64,000 bases of DNA from an uncultured Alphaproteobacteria bacterium. GTDB taxonomy: Bacteria > Pseudomonadota > Alphaproteobacteria > Rhizobiales > Xanthobacteraceae. Shown here piece by piece: positions 1 through 11,483 of the stretch (position 1 is its first letter; each line of letters opens with the position of its first letter). The DNA lies in contig CAVXOW010000008.1 in NCBI GenBank assembly GCA_963763485.1, positions 121,464 to 185,463 on the forward strand, read 5' to 3'. The notes beneath the pieces are model-generated. The model made no database searches. It was given only the letters and a program-made list of their open reading frames with translations, and was not told the DNA's origin. The translations under genes were made by a program, and so were the position numbers.

Positions 1-243
1 CGATCAGCGCTTTCGAGTCGCCGACTCGCTCGTCGAGATAATCGAGAATCACAAAACTCTCGATCAACACTTCGCCGTCGTCGAGCACCAAGGTCGGCAC
101 CCGGCGCAACGGATTGTAAGCGGCGAGCTTGTTGGCGTCGCCGAAGGTCGACCAGGTGCGATGCTCGTAGGCTAAGCCGTACAGCCGCATCGCGATGGCG
201 ACGCGGCGGACGAAGGGCGAGTCATATTGGCCGATCAGGATCA
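1..243 (-). CDS. glutathione S-transferase, N-terminal part (partial, runs off window edge)
   Basis: Reverse translation from the ATG at 243..241 gives MILIGQYDSPFVRRVAIAMRLYGLAYEHRTWSTFGDANKLAAYNPLRRVPTLVLDDGEVLIESFVILDYLDERVGDSKALI. This is a thioredoxin-fold GST N-terminal domain pattern. It is absent from the ORF track because it is truncated. Confidence 0.7.
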
Positions 244-429
244 TTCGACAATCTACCTGCGCTTGGCCGAGGAGAGATCGGTTGGGCAATTGACGCCGCA
301 ACTGCCTTGCTGATGCCGTTCCGCGGCGCGCCACACCATGAACGCCGTCAAAGACATAACAATCACGACAATCCTTGCGAGGAGACCGCTATTCACATCC
401 GAAGCCTTTCCTTTGCGAGGACGACATGA

Positions 430-1929
430 TTATCCCGGATCGCTGGCGAGCACGCCGGCGATGGCGCGTTTCCAGCCCGCGAGTTTTTTCGTGCGCGTCT
501 CCGAACTCATCGCCGGTTTAAAGCGATGCTCGAGCCGCCAATTGTCCGCAAATCGCGCCGGCTCCGGAAACACCCCGGCGGAGAGGCCGGCGAGATACGC
601 CGCGCCGAGCGCCGTGGTCTCCTGGATCACCGGACGATCGACCGGCGCATCCAGCAGGTCGGCGAGACGCTGCATGGTCCAGTCCGAGGCCGTCATGCCG
701 CCGTCGACGCGCAGCACGGTGTTCGCGGCGCTGGCATCCGGCCAGTCGGCGCGCATCGCCGCCCACAAATCGTAGGTCTGGTAGCAGACGCTTTCGAGTG
801 CGGCTCGCGCCAGCTCTTTCGGCCCGGTGTTGCGCGTCAACCCGAACAGCGCGCCGCGCACATTCGGATTCCAGTACGGCGCGCCCATGCCGACGAAGGC
901 CGGCACGAGATAGACGTCCTGCGCTCCGTCGGCGGCATCCGCGAGCGGCCCGGTCTCCGAGGCCTGCTTGATGATCCCGAGCCCGTCGCGCAGCCACTGC
1001 ACGGCGCTGCCGGCGACAAAGATCGAGCCTTCCAGCGCGTAGGTGCGAGCTCCTTTGAGCTGATAGGCGATCGTGGTCAGCAGGCGGTTCTTCGAGGTCA
1101 CCGGATTGGTGCCCGTATTGAGCAGCGCAAAGCAGCCGGTGCCGTAGGTCGACTTCATCATCCCCGGGGTGAAGCAGGCTTGTCCGATGGTCGCGGCCTG
1201 CTGGTCGCCGGCGATGCCGCTGATGGCGATGGCGCCGCCGAACAGATCCGGGACCGTTTCGCCGAACGCGGCGGAGGAATCCTTCACCTCGGGCAGCAGG
1301 CCGCGCGGCACACGCAGCAGCTTGAGCAGCTCGTCGTCCCATTGCCCCTTGTGGATGTCGAACAGCAGCGTGCGCGAGGCGTTGGTGGCGTCGGTCGCAT
1401 GCACCTTGCCACCGGTCAGCCGCCACAACAGGTAGCAGTCGACGGTGCCGAACAGGAGCTCGCCGCGCATCGCGCGCTCGCGCGCGCCGGGCACGTGATC
1501 GAGCAGCCAGGCGATCTTGGTGCCGGAAAAATAAGGGTCGATGATCAGGCCGGTTTTCGCCGAGATGATTGGCTCAGCACCGTCGGCCTTCAGCTTCGTG
1601 CAGATGTCGGCGGTGCGGCGGTCCTGCCAGACAATGGCGCGATGGATCGCCTGCCCGGTGGCGCGGTCCCACACCACCGTGGTCTCGCGCTGGTTGGTGA
1701 TGCCGATCGCGGCGATGTCGGACGGTTTTGCGTTGGCCTTCTTCAGCGCCTCGCGACAGGTCGCGAGCGTCGAATTCCAGATGTCGTCGGGCTCGTGCTC
1801 GACCCAACCTGAGGCCGGAAAGTGCTGCGGGAATTCCTGTTGCGCAATGGCTGCGATCGAGATGTCGTCGCGGAACAGGATGGCGCGCGATGACGTGGTG
1901 CCCTGATCGATGGCGAGAACAAACGGCAT
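430..1929 (-). CDS. glpK: glycerol kinase
   Basis: 499-aa ORF. The N-terminus [19 protein letters not shown] and FGGY-family motifs ([24 protein letters not shown]) are typical of GlpK. Confidence 0.95.
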   Translation of the reverse strand: MPFVLAIDQGTTSSRAILFRDDISIAAIAQQEFPQHFPASGWVEHEPDDIWNSTLATCREALKKANAKPSDIAAIGITNQRETTVVWDRATGQAIHRAIVWQDRRTADICTKLKADGAEPIISAKTGLIIDPYFSGTKIAWLLDHVPGARERAMRGELLFGTVDCYLLWRLTGGKVHATDATNASRTLLFDIHKGQWDDELLKLLRVPRGLLPEVKDSSAAFGETVPDLFGGAIAISGIAGDQQAATIGQACFTPGMMKSTYGTGCFALLNTGTNPVTSKNRLLTTIAYQLKGARTYALEGSIFVAGSAVQWLRDGLGIIKQASETGPLADAADGAQDVYLVPAFVGMGAPYWNPNVRGALFGLTRNTGPKELARAALESVCYQTYDLWAAMRADWPDASAANTVLRVDGGMTASDWTMQRLADLLDAPVDRPVIQETTALGAAYLAGLSAGVFPEPARFADNWRLEHRFKPAMSSETRTKKLAGWKRAIAGVLASDPG

Positions 1930-2247
1930 GGCGTTTCCCGGCGGAGATATGGCGTTTTGCTCAGCGTAGAGGATTTGCAGAGGAGATGTCAGCCCCTCTA
2001 ATCCGCCGAAATATTCTTCCGCGGAAGCTTGTCATGCGACACAACGCCCGTCCGCTCCAAACGACGATGCACGAGTTGCACGTCTCATGGACCTAAACAC
2101 AGATTGCGCAGGGATCGTGATGAGTGCCATCCACCGTCCCACCGCGCAACGCGGCCTGTCGACACCATTGTCGGCGCGCGCAAGAGCCTCTCAGGGCTCA
2201 CTGAGCTTCCCGAGGTGCGCAACAGATCCAATAGCAGGGGTACAGGA

Positions 2248-3054
2248 ATGGACATTTCGCTTTCGGGACGCACGGCCATCGTCACCGGCGGGAGCAAGGG
2301 GCTCGGACGCGCCATTGCCGCGGAGTTCGTCGCATCCGGCGCCGACGTGATGATTTGCGCGCGCGGACGCGAGTCTCTCGAGACAGCCGTGACATCGATC
2401 AACGCTCAATCCGAAAGCCAGATCGGCCGGGGCGACAATGCGCGCGGCCGCGTTGCTAGCGTCGTCGCCGACGTCGGCCGGTCGAACGACATTCAAAGGG
2501 TGTTCGATGAAACGATGAAGGCATTCGGGAAAGTCGACATCGTCGTCAACAACGCCGGCGTGCTTCGCATCGGGGCGTTCGAAGCGTTGACCGATGAACT
2601 GATGCAGGAAGACCTCGACCAGAAGCTGTTTGCAGCGATTCGACTGACGCGCCTGGCGTGGCCGCAACTCAAGGAACGGCGCTGGGGTCGCGTGCTGAAC
2701 GTGCTCAGCATCGGAGCCAGGGCGCCGGGCGCGGGAAGCGCGCCGACGTCGATCTCACGTGCCGCGGGCCTTGCGCTGACCAAGGTGCTCGCCGGCGAAG
2801 GCGCTCCCTTCAACGTGCTCGTCAACGCCCTGCTGGTGGGATTTATCGAGTCCGACCAGCACGCGCGGTCGGCGGTTCGTACCGGTGTGCCCTATCGCGA
2901 CTATATCGCCCAGCGTGGTAAAAACATTCCGATCGGCCGCCTCGGCACCGAGGCCGAATTTGCCAACCTCGCGTGTTTCCTGGCATCCGACGCGGCGTCA
3001 TATGTGACCGGTACCGCGATCAACGTCGACGGCGGTTTGTCGCCGCTGGCCTAG
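2248..3054 (+). CDS. SDR family oxidoreductase
   Basis: The ORF 2029..3054 is trimmed to the ATG at 2248 (MDISLSGRTAIVTGGSKGLGRAIA). It has the Rossmann TGxxxGxG motif and the C-terminal YVTGTAINVDGG typical of classical SDRs. Confidence 0.85.
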   Translation: MDISLSGRTAIVTGGSKGLGRAIAAEFVASGADVMICARGRESLETAVTSINAQSESQIGRGDNARGRVASVVADVGRSNDIQRVFDETMKAFGKVDIVVNNAGVLRIGAFEALTDELMQEDLDQKLFAAIRLTRLAWPQLKERRWGRVLNVLSIGARAPGAGSAPTSISRAAGLALTKVLAGEGAPFNVLVNALLVGFIESDQHARSAVRTGVPYRDYIAQRGKNIPIGRLGTEAEFANLACFLASDAASYVTGTAINVDGGLSPLA

Positions 3055-3110
3055 AACACAGGAAGCGCACCGCCCTGCGCGATGGTGGAGTCGAGCGGCG
3101 CGCCCGCGAG

Positions 3111-3572
3111 CTAGCGGTCCAGGATGACCCGCAGTTCCTTCGCTACGCGCTGGTATTCGGCCTTATTGGTCTTTCGCAGTTCCTCAAGGTCGGCTGCAAA
3201 AAGATCAAGCCGGTGCGCCGCTGACCGAGATTTGATCTTCGCGATCTCCTCCTGAAGATCGGCCAGTTGCCGGAAAGCCGGGCTCTGCTGCTTTGCCTCG
3301 GGCAGATCTTCGATCAGCACGGCAACCGCATCCATCAGCCGCCCAAGCTGGCGACCGTAGCTGTGAACGGCCACGATGTTGCGCTCGGTGTCGGGGGCGC
3401 TGGAATTCTGCTCGGTCACGCTGATCAGGTTGCCGAACGTCCAGCCGGGATTGATCGGCTGATTGAGCGACCTGGGCGCGGTCGGCAGCAGACGTTCGAA
3501 AAAATCGAGCGGCGACATCGGCCACCCGGTCAGTGAAGACGATTGCGTTGACGGGTTTGACGTGCCGGTCAT
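3111..3572 (-). CDS. hypothetical protein (coiled-coil C-terminus)
   Basis: The ORF 3111..3623 is trimmed to the ATG at 3572..3570, preceded by GGAGGAGCCAGTC. I recognise no family. The C-terminal half is helical and charged. Confidence 0.5.
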   Translation of the reverse strand: MTGTSNPSTQSSSLTGWPMSPLDFFERLLPTAPRSLNQPINPGWTFGNLISVTEQNSSAPDTERNIVAVHSYGRQLGRLMDAVAVLIEDLPEAKQQSPAFRQLADLQEEIAKIKSRSAAHRLDLFAADLEELRKTNKAEYQRVAKELRVILDR

Positions 3573-3671
3573 GACTGGCTCCTCCAATGTCAGGAACTTC
3601 GACGAGCAAACAGAGCAATTCACTCACTCTATTCGCTCGGCGCCCTTCCTGCAGGGCGGAGGAACAAAAAA

Positions 3672-4445
3672 TCACACCGCAGCGGTGGTCACGCCGCCGT
3701 CGATGACGACGGTCTGACCGGTCATGAAGGTCGAGGCTTCGGAGCCGAGGAAGGCGACGGCGCCGGCGATCTCGTGCGGCTCGCCGATCCGGCGCAGCGG
3801 CGAGGTCGAATTGCGGCGCGCCATCAGCTCCTTGTCTTCCCACAGCGCGCGGGCGAAGTCGGTCTTCACCAGGCCCGGCGCGATGCAGTTGATGCGCACC
3901 CCCTTCGGCCCCCACTCGCCGGCCAGCGTCCGGCATAGCGCGAAGTCGGCGGCCTTGGAGACGCCGTACATGCCGATCGTGGTCGAGCCGCGCAAGCCGC
4001 CGATCGACGAGATGATGATCACCGAGCCACCGCCGCGCTCGGCCATCTCAGGCATCACGAGGTTGCACAGCCAGATGTTGCTCTTGACGTTGGAGCCCAT
4101 GATCTTGTCGAACGCCTCGTCGGTCAGCGAGGCGATCGGGCCGTAGTGCGGGTTGACCGCGGCGTTACAGACCAGGATGTCGATCCCGCCGTAATGGGCG
4201 TTGGTGTCCTTGATCAGCCGCTCGACTTCATCCTTGCGCGAGATGTTGCACGGGACGACGAAGACGTCGCCGCCGTCGGCGCGGATCGCCTTAGCGACCT
4301 CCTCGCAGGCGTCGGCCTTGCGGCTCGACACTACGACTTTGGCGCCGAGTTGCGCCAGCAGCTCGGCGGTGGCGCGGCCGATGCCGCGGCTCGAGCCCGT
4401 GATGACGGCAACCTTGCCGGTGAGATCGAACGGGGATTTTTTCAT
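3672..4445 (-). CDS. SDR family oxidoreductase (last gene of the pim-like operon, pimE-like position)
   Basis: 257-aa ORF with GKVAVITGSSRGIG, the Y-x3-K motif (YGVSKAA) and the FMTGQTVVIDGG tail. Confidence 0.85.
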   Translation of the reverse strand: MKKSPFDLTGKVAVITGSSRGIGRATAELLAQLGAKVVVSSRKADACEEVAKAIRADGGDVFVVPCNISRKDEVERLIKDTNAHYGGIDILVCNAAVNPHYGPIASLTDEAFDKIMGSNVKSNIWLCNLVMPEMAERGGGSVIIISSIGGLRGSTTIGMYGVSKAADFALCRTLAGEWGPKGVRINCIAPGLVKTDFARALWEDKELMARRNSTSPLRRIGEPHEIAGAVAFLGSEASTFMTGQTVVIDGGVTTAAV

Positions 4446-4464
4446 TTCGTAAACTCCTAACTTT

Positions 4465-4594
4465 CGTCGTCCCCGCGCACGCGGGGACCCATACTCCGCA
4501 GCAGGATTGAGACGACGCAGAAGCGACCCGGCCTCGCTCCGAGCAAGACCAACAAATACGGGGGTTATGGGTCCCCGCGTGCGCGGGGACGACC
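4465..4594. repeat. REP-like palindromic intergenic element (GTCCCCGCG..CGCGGGGAC arms)
   Basis: The left arm TCGTCGTCCCCGCGCACGCGGGGACCCATA (4465..4494) and right arm TATGGGTCCCCGCGTGCGCGGGGACGACC (4566..4594) are inverted copies. A related hairpin lies at 34869..34900. Confidence 0.6.
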
Positions 4595-4613
4595 GTGCTG
4601 GTGTAGCCCAGCC

Positions 4614-5759
4614 CTACCGGAACAACCCGCCTTGCGCGGCGAGGCGGCGCAGGTGGAAGTCGGAATCGCCGAGCGTCGACTCGATCATCGTCATGCGCTT
4701 GAAGTAGTGGCCGATCTTGTACTCCATCGTCATGCCGACGCCGCCATGCAGCTGGATCGACTGCTGGCCGATATATTTTGCCGAGCGACCGACCTGAACC
4801 TTGGCCGCCGCGATTGCGTCGGTGCGCGCCTTGGCGTCATCGAAGCTGACCGCCATGGTGGCGTACATCGAGATGCCGCGCGCCTGCTCCAGCGCGACGA
4901 ACATATCGGAGCCGCGGTGCTGCAGCGCCTGGAAGGTGCCGATGTTGACGCCGAACTGCTGGCGCGTCTTCAGATACTCGATCGTGGTCTTCAGCGACTC
5001 ATCCATGGCGCCGACCGCTTCCGAGCACAGCGCCACCCGCGCCTCGTCGGCCACGCGCTCGACCAGCGGCAAACCTTTCTCGGGATCGCCAAGCACCGCG
5101 TCGCTACCCAATTCGACATTCTCGAAGGTGATGTCGGCAGCACGCAGGCCGTCCTGGGTTGGATAACCCCTGACGCGCACGCCGTTGGCGTTGGCGGGAA
5201 CAAGAAACACGCCGACGCCGTCGCGGTCGCGTTGACCGCCCTTGGTGCGCGCGGTCACAACAAGCGTGTTGGCGGAGTCGCCATGCAGCACGACGAACTT
5301 TTCGCCCGAGATGACCCAGCCAGAACCCTTCTTCTTCGCCGACGTGAGGACGTCGCCGAGGTCGTAGCGCGAATCCTTCTCGAGCTGGGCGAAGGCAAAC
5401 GTCTTCTTGCCGCTGACGACGTCGGGCAGATGGGCCTTGCGCTGCGCCGGCGAACCGCCGAGCCGCAGGAAGCCGCCGCCGAGCACGACAGTGGCAAAAT
5501 ACGGCTCAAGCACGAGCGCGCGGCCGAGCGCCTCCATCACGATGCCGGTCTCGATCGCGCCGGCACCGAAGCCGCCGTCGGCTTCCGCGAATGGCAGCCC
5601 GAGCAGGCCTTGTTCTGCGAACTTGTTCCAGACCTCGTCGCTCCAGCCCTTTTTCGATGCGCCGTGCTTCTTGCGCGCCTCGAAATCGTAGCTGTCGGCG
5701 AGCAGGCCGTCGACGCTATCCTTGAGAAGCCGCTGCTCCTCGGACAAATCGAAATCCAT
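4614..5759 (-). CDS. acyl-CoA dehydrogenase family protein (pimD-like position)
   Basis: 381-aa ORF with the ACAD C-terminal pattern (QFGVNIGTFQALQHR, LHGGVGMTMEY). Confidence 0.9.
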   Translation of the reverse strand: MDFDLSEEQRLLKDSVDGLLADSYDFEARKKHGASKKGWSDEVWNKFAEQGLLGLPFAEADGGFGAGAIETGIVMEALGRALVLEPYFATVVLGGGFLRLGGSPAQRKAHLPDVVSGKKTFAFAQLEKDSRYDLGDVLTSAKKKGSGWVISGEKFVVLHGDSANTLVVTARTKGGQRDRDGVGVFLVPANANGVRVRGYPTQDGLRAADITFENVELGSDAVLGDPEKGLPLVERVADEARVALCSEAVGAMDESLKTTIEYLKTRQQFGVNIGTFQALQHRGSDMFVALEQARGISMYATMAVSFDDAKARTDAIAAAKVQVGRSAKYIGQQSIQLHGGVGMTMEYKIGHYFKRMTMIESTLGDSDFHLRRLAAQGGLFR

Positions 5760-5822
5760 GAGTACTCCTTAACTTCAGGTAATGTTGAACTCGCTCTTTC
5801 CGGGGCGCGAGTGCAACGAGCG

Positions 5823-5891
5823 AGCCCGGAATCCATAACCACGACAGGGACTATGGATTCCGGCCTGCGCCTTCGGCGCATCCCGGAATGA
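5823..5891. repeat. REP/MITE-like repeat (CCGGAATCCATA..TATGGATTCCGG hairpin plus GCGCATCCCGGAATGAC tail)
   Basis: It shares its central hairpin and right arm with the element at 7311..7408. Confidence 0.55.
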
Positions 5892-5914
5892 CCAAGCAGC
5901 GGCAAGCGCCGTCG

Positions 5915-7108
5915 TTACAGCCCCAGCACCGCCTTGGCGATGATGTTGCGCTGAATTTCGTTCGAACCGCCGTAGATCGAGACCTTGCGGTAGTTGAAGT
6001 AGTTCGGCGCGATCTGGGTGGTCCACTCCTCGACCTCGTTGGAGCCGTCCTCGTCGTCGGACTCGAAGGGCGCTGCGAACGGACCGATCACCTCCATCAT
6101 CAATTCGGTGGTGGCCTGCTGCAGCTCAGACCCCTTGATCTTGAGAATGGACGAGGCCGGATCCGGCTTGCCCTTCTCGCGATGTTTTTCCGCGGCAACG
6201 ACGCGCATCTGGTTCATCTCGAGCGCCTTGAGCTCGATCTCGACCGCGGTGAGCTTTTCGAGGAAGCGCGGGTCTTCGATGATCGGCTTGCCGTCGGACT
6301 TCACCGCGGCGGCAAGCTCGCGGATCCGGCGCAGCCGCTCCTTCGAGGCGCCGATGCGGGCGATACCGGTGCGCTCATTGCCGAGCAGGAATTTCGCGTA
6401 ATCCCAGCCCTTGTTCTCCTGGCCGACCAGGTTGGCGACAGGCACTTCGACATTGTCGAAGAACACCTCGTTGACCTCGCGGCCGCCGTCGATGGTGACA
6501 ATCGGGCGCACGGTGATGCCGCGTGACTTCATGTCGATCAACAGGAACGAGATGCCGGATTGCCGGTTCTTGGCGTTCGGATCGGTGCGGACCAGGCAGA
6601 AGATCATGTCGGCGTTCTGCGCCAGCGTGGTCCATGTCTTCTGGCCGTTGACGACGTAGACGTCGCCCTTGCGCTCTGCCTTGGTCTTCAGCGAGGCAAG
6701 GTCAGAACCCGCGCCGGGCTCCGAGAAGCCCTGGCACCACCAGTCGTCGAGATTGGCGATGCGCGGCAGGTAATACTTCTTCTGCTCTTCGCTCGCGACG
6801 TTGTAGAGCACAGGTCCCAGCATCGAGGTGTTGAAGGCGAGCGGCTGCGGCGCCGGCGCAAGCTGCATCTCTTCGTTATAGATGTAGAGCCTGACCGAAT
6901 CCCAACCGGTACCACCCCACTGCACCGGCCAGTGCGGCACTGCCCAACCCTTCTTGTTGAGGATACGCTGCCAGGTGACCATGTCTTCCTTCGACAGATG
7001 ACGGCCCTCGAGCAGCTTGCGGCGCGTTTCCTTCGGCACCGCCGTCTGAAAGAAGTCACGCACTTCCTCGCGGAATTCCATTTCGTCCTTGCTGTAGCTG
7101 AGATCCAT
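5915..7108 (-). CDS. acyl-CoA dehydrogenase family protein (pimC-like position)
   Basis: The ORF 5915..7162 is trimmed to the ATG at 7108..7106 (MDLSYSKDEMEFREEV), preceded by AAGGAGAGCGCACG. It shows ACAD motifs (WWCQGFSEPGAGSD, IYGGSNEIQRNIIAK). Confidence 0.9.
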   Translation of the reverse strand: MDLSYSKDEMEFREEVRDFFQTAVPKETRRKLLEGRHLSKEDMVTWQRILNKKGWAVPHWPVQWGGTGWDSVRLYIYNEEMQLAPAPQPLAFNTSMLGPVLYNVASEEQKKYYLPRIANLDDWWCQGFSEPGAGSDLASLKTKAERKGDVYVVNGQKTWTTLAQNADMIFCLVRTDPNAKNRQSGISFLLIDMKSRGITVRPIVTIDGGREVNEVFFDNVEVPVANLVGQENKGWDYAKFLLGNERTGIARIGASKERLRRIRELAAAVKSDGKPIIEDPRFLEKLTAVEIELKALEMNQMRVVAAEKHREKGKPDPASSILKIKGSELQQATTELMMEVIGPFAAPFESDDEDGSNEVEEWTTQIAPNYFNYRKVSIYGGSNEIQRNIIAKAVLGL

Positions 7109-7310
7109 CGTGCGCTCTCCTTCGGATGTCGGTGTCGCGTGGCCGAGGCGAAAACCGGTCACTGCTTCGGCGCCAAGAATACGCCTTTCCGTTAAATTTC
7201 ACACCTGCAGTAATGAAACGGCGGGTGCATTCCAAGCCGCAGGGGAAGCATATCCTGCCGGCACCTTTGCATCACGCGACTTTCGTTCGCAGAGCGAAAC
7301 TTGCCGCTGT

Positions 7311-7408
7311 CATTCCGGGGCATCGCGCAGCGATGAGCCCGGAATCCATAAACACCACCGGGAGTATGGATTCCGGGCCTGCGCCTGACGGCGCATCCCG
7401 GAATGACG
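7311..7408. repeat. REP/MITE-like repeat, full copy with terminal inverted arms CATTCCGGG..CCCGGAATG
   Basis: Sequence: CATTCCGGGGCATCGCGCAGCGATGAGCCCGGAATCCATAAACACCACCGGGAGTATGGATTCCGGGCCTGCGCCTGACGGCGCATCCCGGAATGACG. It is paralogous to 5823..5891. Confidence 0.6.
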
Positions 7409-7433
7409 AGGACGTGAACTCAACACCACGCCA

Positions 7434-9095
7434 TTAACGCTTCACCTGCTTCTCGCCCTCCACCCTGAGCTCGTGACGCGACAGCTTGCCGACCGTGGTC
7501 TTCGGCAAATCGTCACGAAACTCGAGCGCGGCCGGCAGCTCGTGCTTGCCGATCTTGCCGGTCAGGAAATCGCGCAGCTCCTCGAGCGAAAACTTTTCCG
7601 CGCCCGCGCGCAGCTTGACGAACGCTTTCGCCGCCTCACCGCGATACTGATCGGGAATGCCGATCACGATCACTTCCTGCACCGCAGGGTGCTGGTAGAT
7701 CGCCTGCTCGATCATCTGCGGATAGACGTTGAAGCCACCGGAGATGATCATGTCCTTCTTGCGGTCGACGATATAGTAGTAGCCGTCGTCATCGACATAG
7801 CCGATGTCGCCGGTCAGGAACTTGTCGCCGACGAAGGCTTCCGCGGTTTCCTTCGGCTTGTTCCAGTAACCTTTTGTGACGTTCGGTCCCTTGATACGGA
7901 TTTCGCCGACCTCGCCCACCGGCAGCACCCTCTTCGGATCATCGAGCGAGACGATATCGAGCTCGATCGATGGCAGCGGCAGGCCGATCGAAGCAGGCTT
8001 GTCTGGACCTTCCGACGGATTGGCGGTGCCCGGCGAGCATGTCTCGGTCATGCCCCAGCCCGAACGCAGCGACAGCCCGGTGCGGCTGGCGAGGATCTTG
8101 GCGACCTCGACCGGCAGCGGCGCGCCTCCCGAGCCGACGTAGGCGAGCGACGACAGGTCGCGCTTCTCGAGATCGGGCAAGGCGGCGATCGCAATCCACA
8201 TCGTCGGGACGCCTGGAAAGCCGGTGGCGCGCTTGACCTCGATGTCGCGCATCACCGCGTCAACATCGAAGCGCTGGTGCAGCGAGATGATATTGCCGTG
8301 CTTCAAGCCGAGCAGCAGCACCGTGGTCAGCGCGAAGATATGGAACAGCGGCAGCACGCAGATGGTGCGCTCGGTCACGCCGCCGCGCTTCTCGCGGCCC
8401 GGTGCACCCCAGACGTCGAAGATGTCGACGGCAGCTGTGAGATTGCCGTGGGTCAGCATCGCGCCCTTCGGCAGGCCGGTGGTGCCGCCGGTGTATTGCA
8501 ACAGCGCGATGTCGTCGGGCGTGATCTCGGGCCAGCGCGACGGCGGCGTCGCTTCGGCAACGAACTCTCCGTAGCGCACGATGCGCTTGTCGTCGGGCAA
8601 TGGCAGCACGGGGTGGCGCACATCGCCCCAGGAGGCGTCGTCGCAGACGATCAGGCGGTCGAGCAGGCCCTTCTCGAGGAACTTCAGCGCCATCGGCAGC
8701 ATCATCGCGAGGTTGCTGGTCACCAGCATCCGCGCGCCGGAATCTTTCAGCTTGTGCGACAACGCGATCTCGCCGTCGAGCGGCGACAGGTGGACGATGC
8801 GCGCGCCTGCCTTCAGCGCGCCGAAGAAGTTGATCGGATGATCCGGCGTGTTGCCGATGTAGAGCGCGACCGAGGTGTCGCGGCCGTAGCCGGCACGCAG
8901 GAACGCCGCGGCTGATGTATCGACCAGCTTGCCGAGCTCGGTGAAGGTGATCGGCCTGTCACGGAATTCGAGCGCGGTGCGGGAGGCGAATTTTTCGATC
9001 GACGCATCAAGCAGCGCCTGAATGGCCCGGCCGACGATCGGCGCATCCCAGCGAACGCCGGGAGGATAGTTTTTCTCGAAGCTTTGCGTGGGCAC
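7434..9095 (-). CDS. AMP-dependent acyl-CoA synthetase/ligase (pimA-like position)
   Basis: 553-aa ORF with the AMP-binding signature LQYTGGTTGLPKGAMLTH, GWGMTE and the C-terminal TTVGKLSRHEL. Confidence 0.9.
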   Translation of the reverse strand: MPTQSFEKNYPPGVRWDAPIVGRAIQALLDASIEKFASRTALEFRDRPITFTELGKLVDTSAAAFLRAGYGRDTSVALYIGNTPDHPINFFGALKAGARIVHLSPLDGEIALSHKLKDSGARMLVTSNLAMMLPMALKFLEKGLLDRLIVCDDASWGDVRHPVLPLPDDKRIVRYGEFVAEATPPSRWPEITPDDIALLQYTGGTTGLPKGAMLTHGNLTAAVDIFDVWGAPGREKRGGVTERTICVLPLFHIFALTTVLLLGLKHGNIISLHQRFDVDAVMRDIEVKRATGFPGVPTMWIAIAALPDLEKRDLSSLAYVGSGGAPLPVEVAKILASRTGLSLRSGWGMTETCSPGTANPSEGPDKPASIGLPLPSIELDIVSLDDPKRVLPVGEVGEIRIKGPNVTKGYWNKPKETAEAFVGDKFLTGDIGYVDDDGYYYIVDRKKDMIISGGFNVYPQMIEQAIYQHPAVQEVIVIGIPDQYRGEAAKAFVKLRAGAEKFSLEELRDFLTGKIGKHELPAALEFRDDLPKTTVGKLSRHELRVEGEKQVKR

Positions 9096-9136
9096 TGTGA
9101 CACCCTACTTCACTTCCGCTCGTCCCCGCGGACGTC

Positions 9137-9156
9137 GGCCAAACAATTGTTTGGCC
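9137..9156. promoter_or_regulatory. perfect 20-bp palindrome GGCCAAACAATTGTTTGGCC, candidate operator or RNA hairpin upstream of the ligase gene
   Basis: Self-complementary over all 20 nt. It lies 42-61 nt upstream of the ligase start (9095) within the operon. Confidence 0.35.
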
Positions 9157-9214
9157 TGAGGGGACCCAGCCTTTGCCCAACAACGTGCATCAGTACACGC
9201 GGCCGTTTTTTCTG

Positions 9215-9246
9215 CGCTCGATTCCCGCTTTCGCGGGAATCGAGCG
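9215..9246. repeat. intercistronic hairpin CGCTCGATTCCCGC-TTT-CGCGGGAATCGAGCG
   Basis: A near-perfect stem-loop between the FadB-like stop (9269) and the ligase start. It belongs to the palindromic repeat population of this genome. Confidence 0.4.
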
Positions 9247-9268
9247 GAGATAATGGCATCTGCTTGCC

Positions 9269-11356
<2,088 letters not shown>

Positions 11357-11483
11357 CTGCGGTCTCCCGGTTCTTCTTCGATGGGCGATGCGATTCCGCA
11401 TCGCGAAATTTAGTTTCGCAACTTGACTTGCTGGCCTAATTTGGCAAGCGTCGCTTGTCAACGATAAGCCAATTGGTTGCGGG

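Noticed and set aside
338-775. 145-aa plus-strand ORF at the 3' end of glpK.
   Set aside because: It overlaps glpK on the opposite strand over most of its length and has no motifs. The short non-overlapping part (338..429) shows no RBS or other support.
526-8915. Other long shadow ORFs: 526..1812(+), 518..1426(-), 4632..5891(+), 5888..6526(+), 6560..7195(+), 7473..8915(+). Similar ones occur elsewhere: 10058..10894(+), 12312..13208(-), 15763..16779(-), 26193..27134(-), 29294..30160(-), 29818..30765(-), 44216..45496(-), 47635..48993(-), 60241..61437(-), 62744..63709(+).
   Set aside because: Each overlaps a gene with strong family motifs in another frame or on the other strand. Each has the biased Arg/Gly/Ala/Asp composition expected from high-GC non-coding frames.
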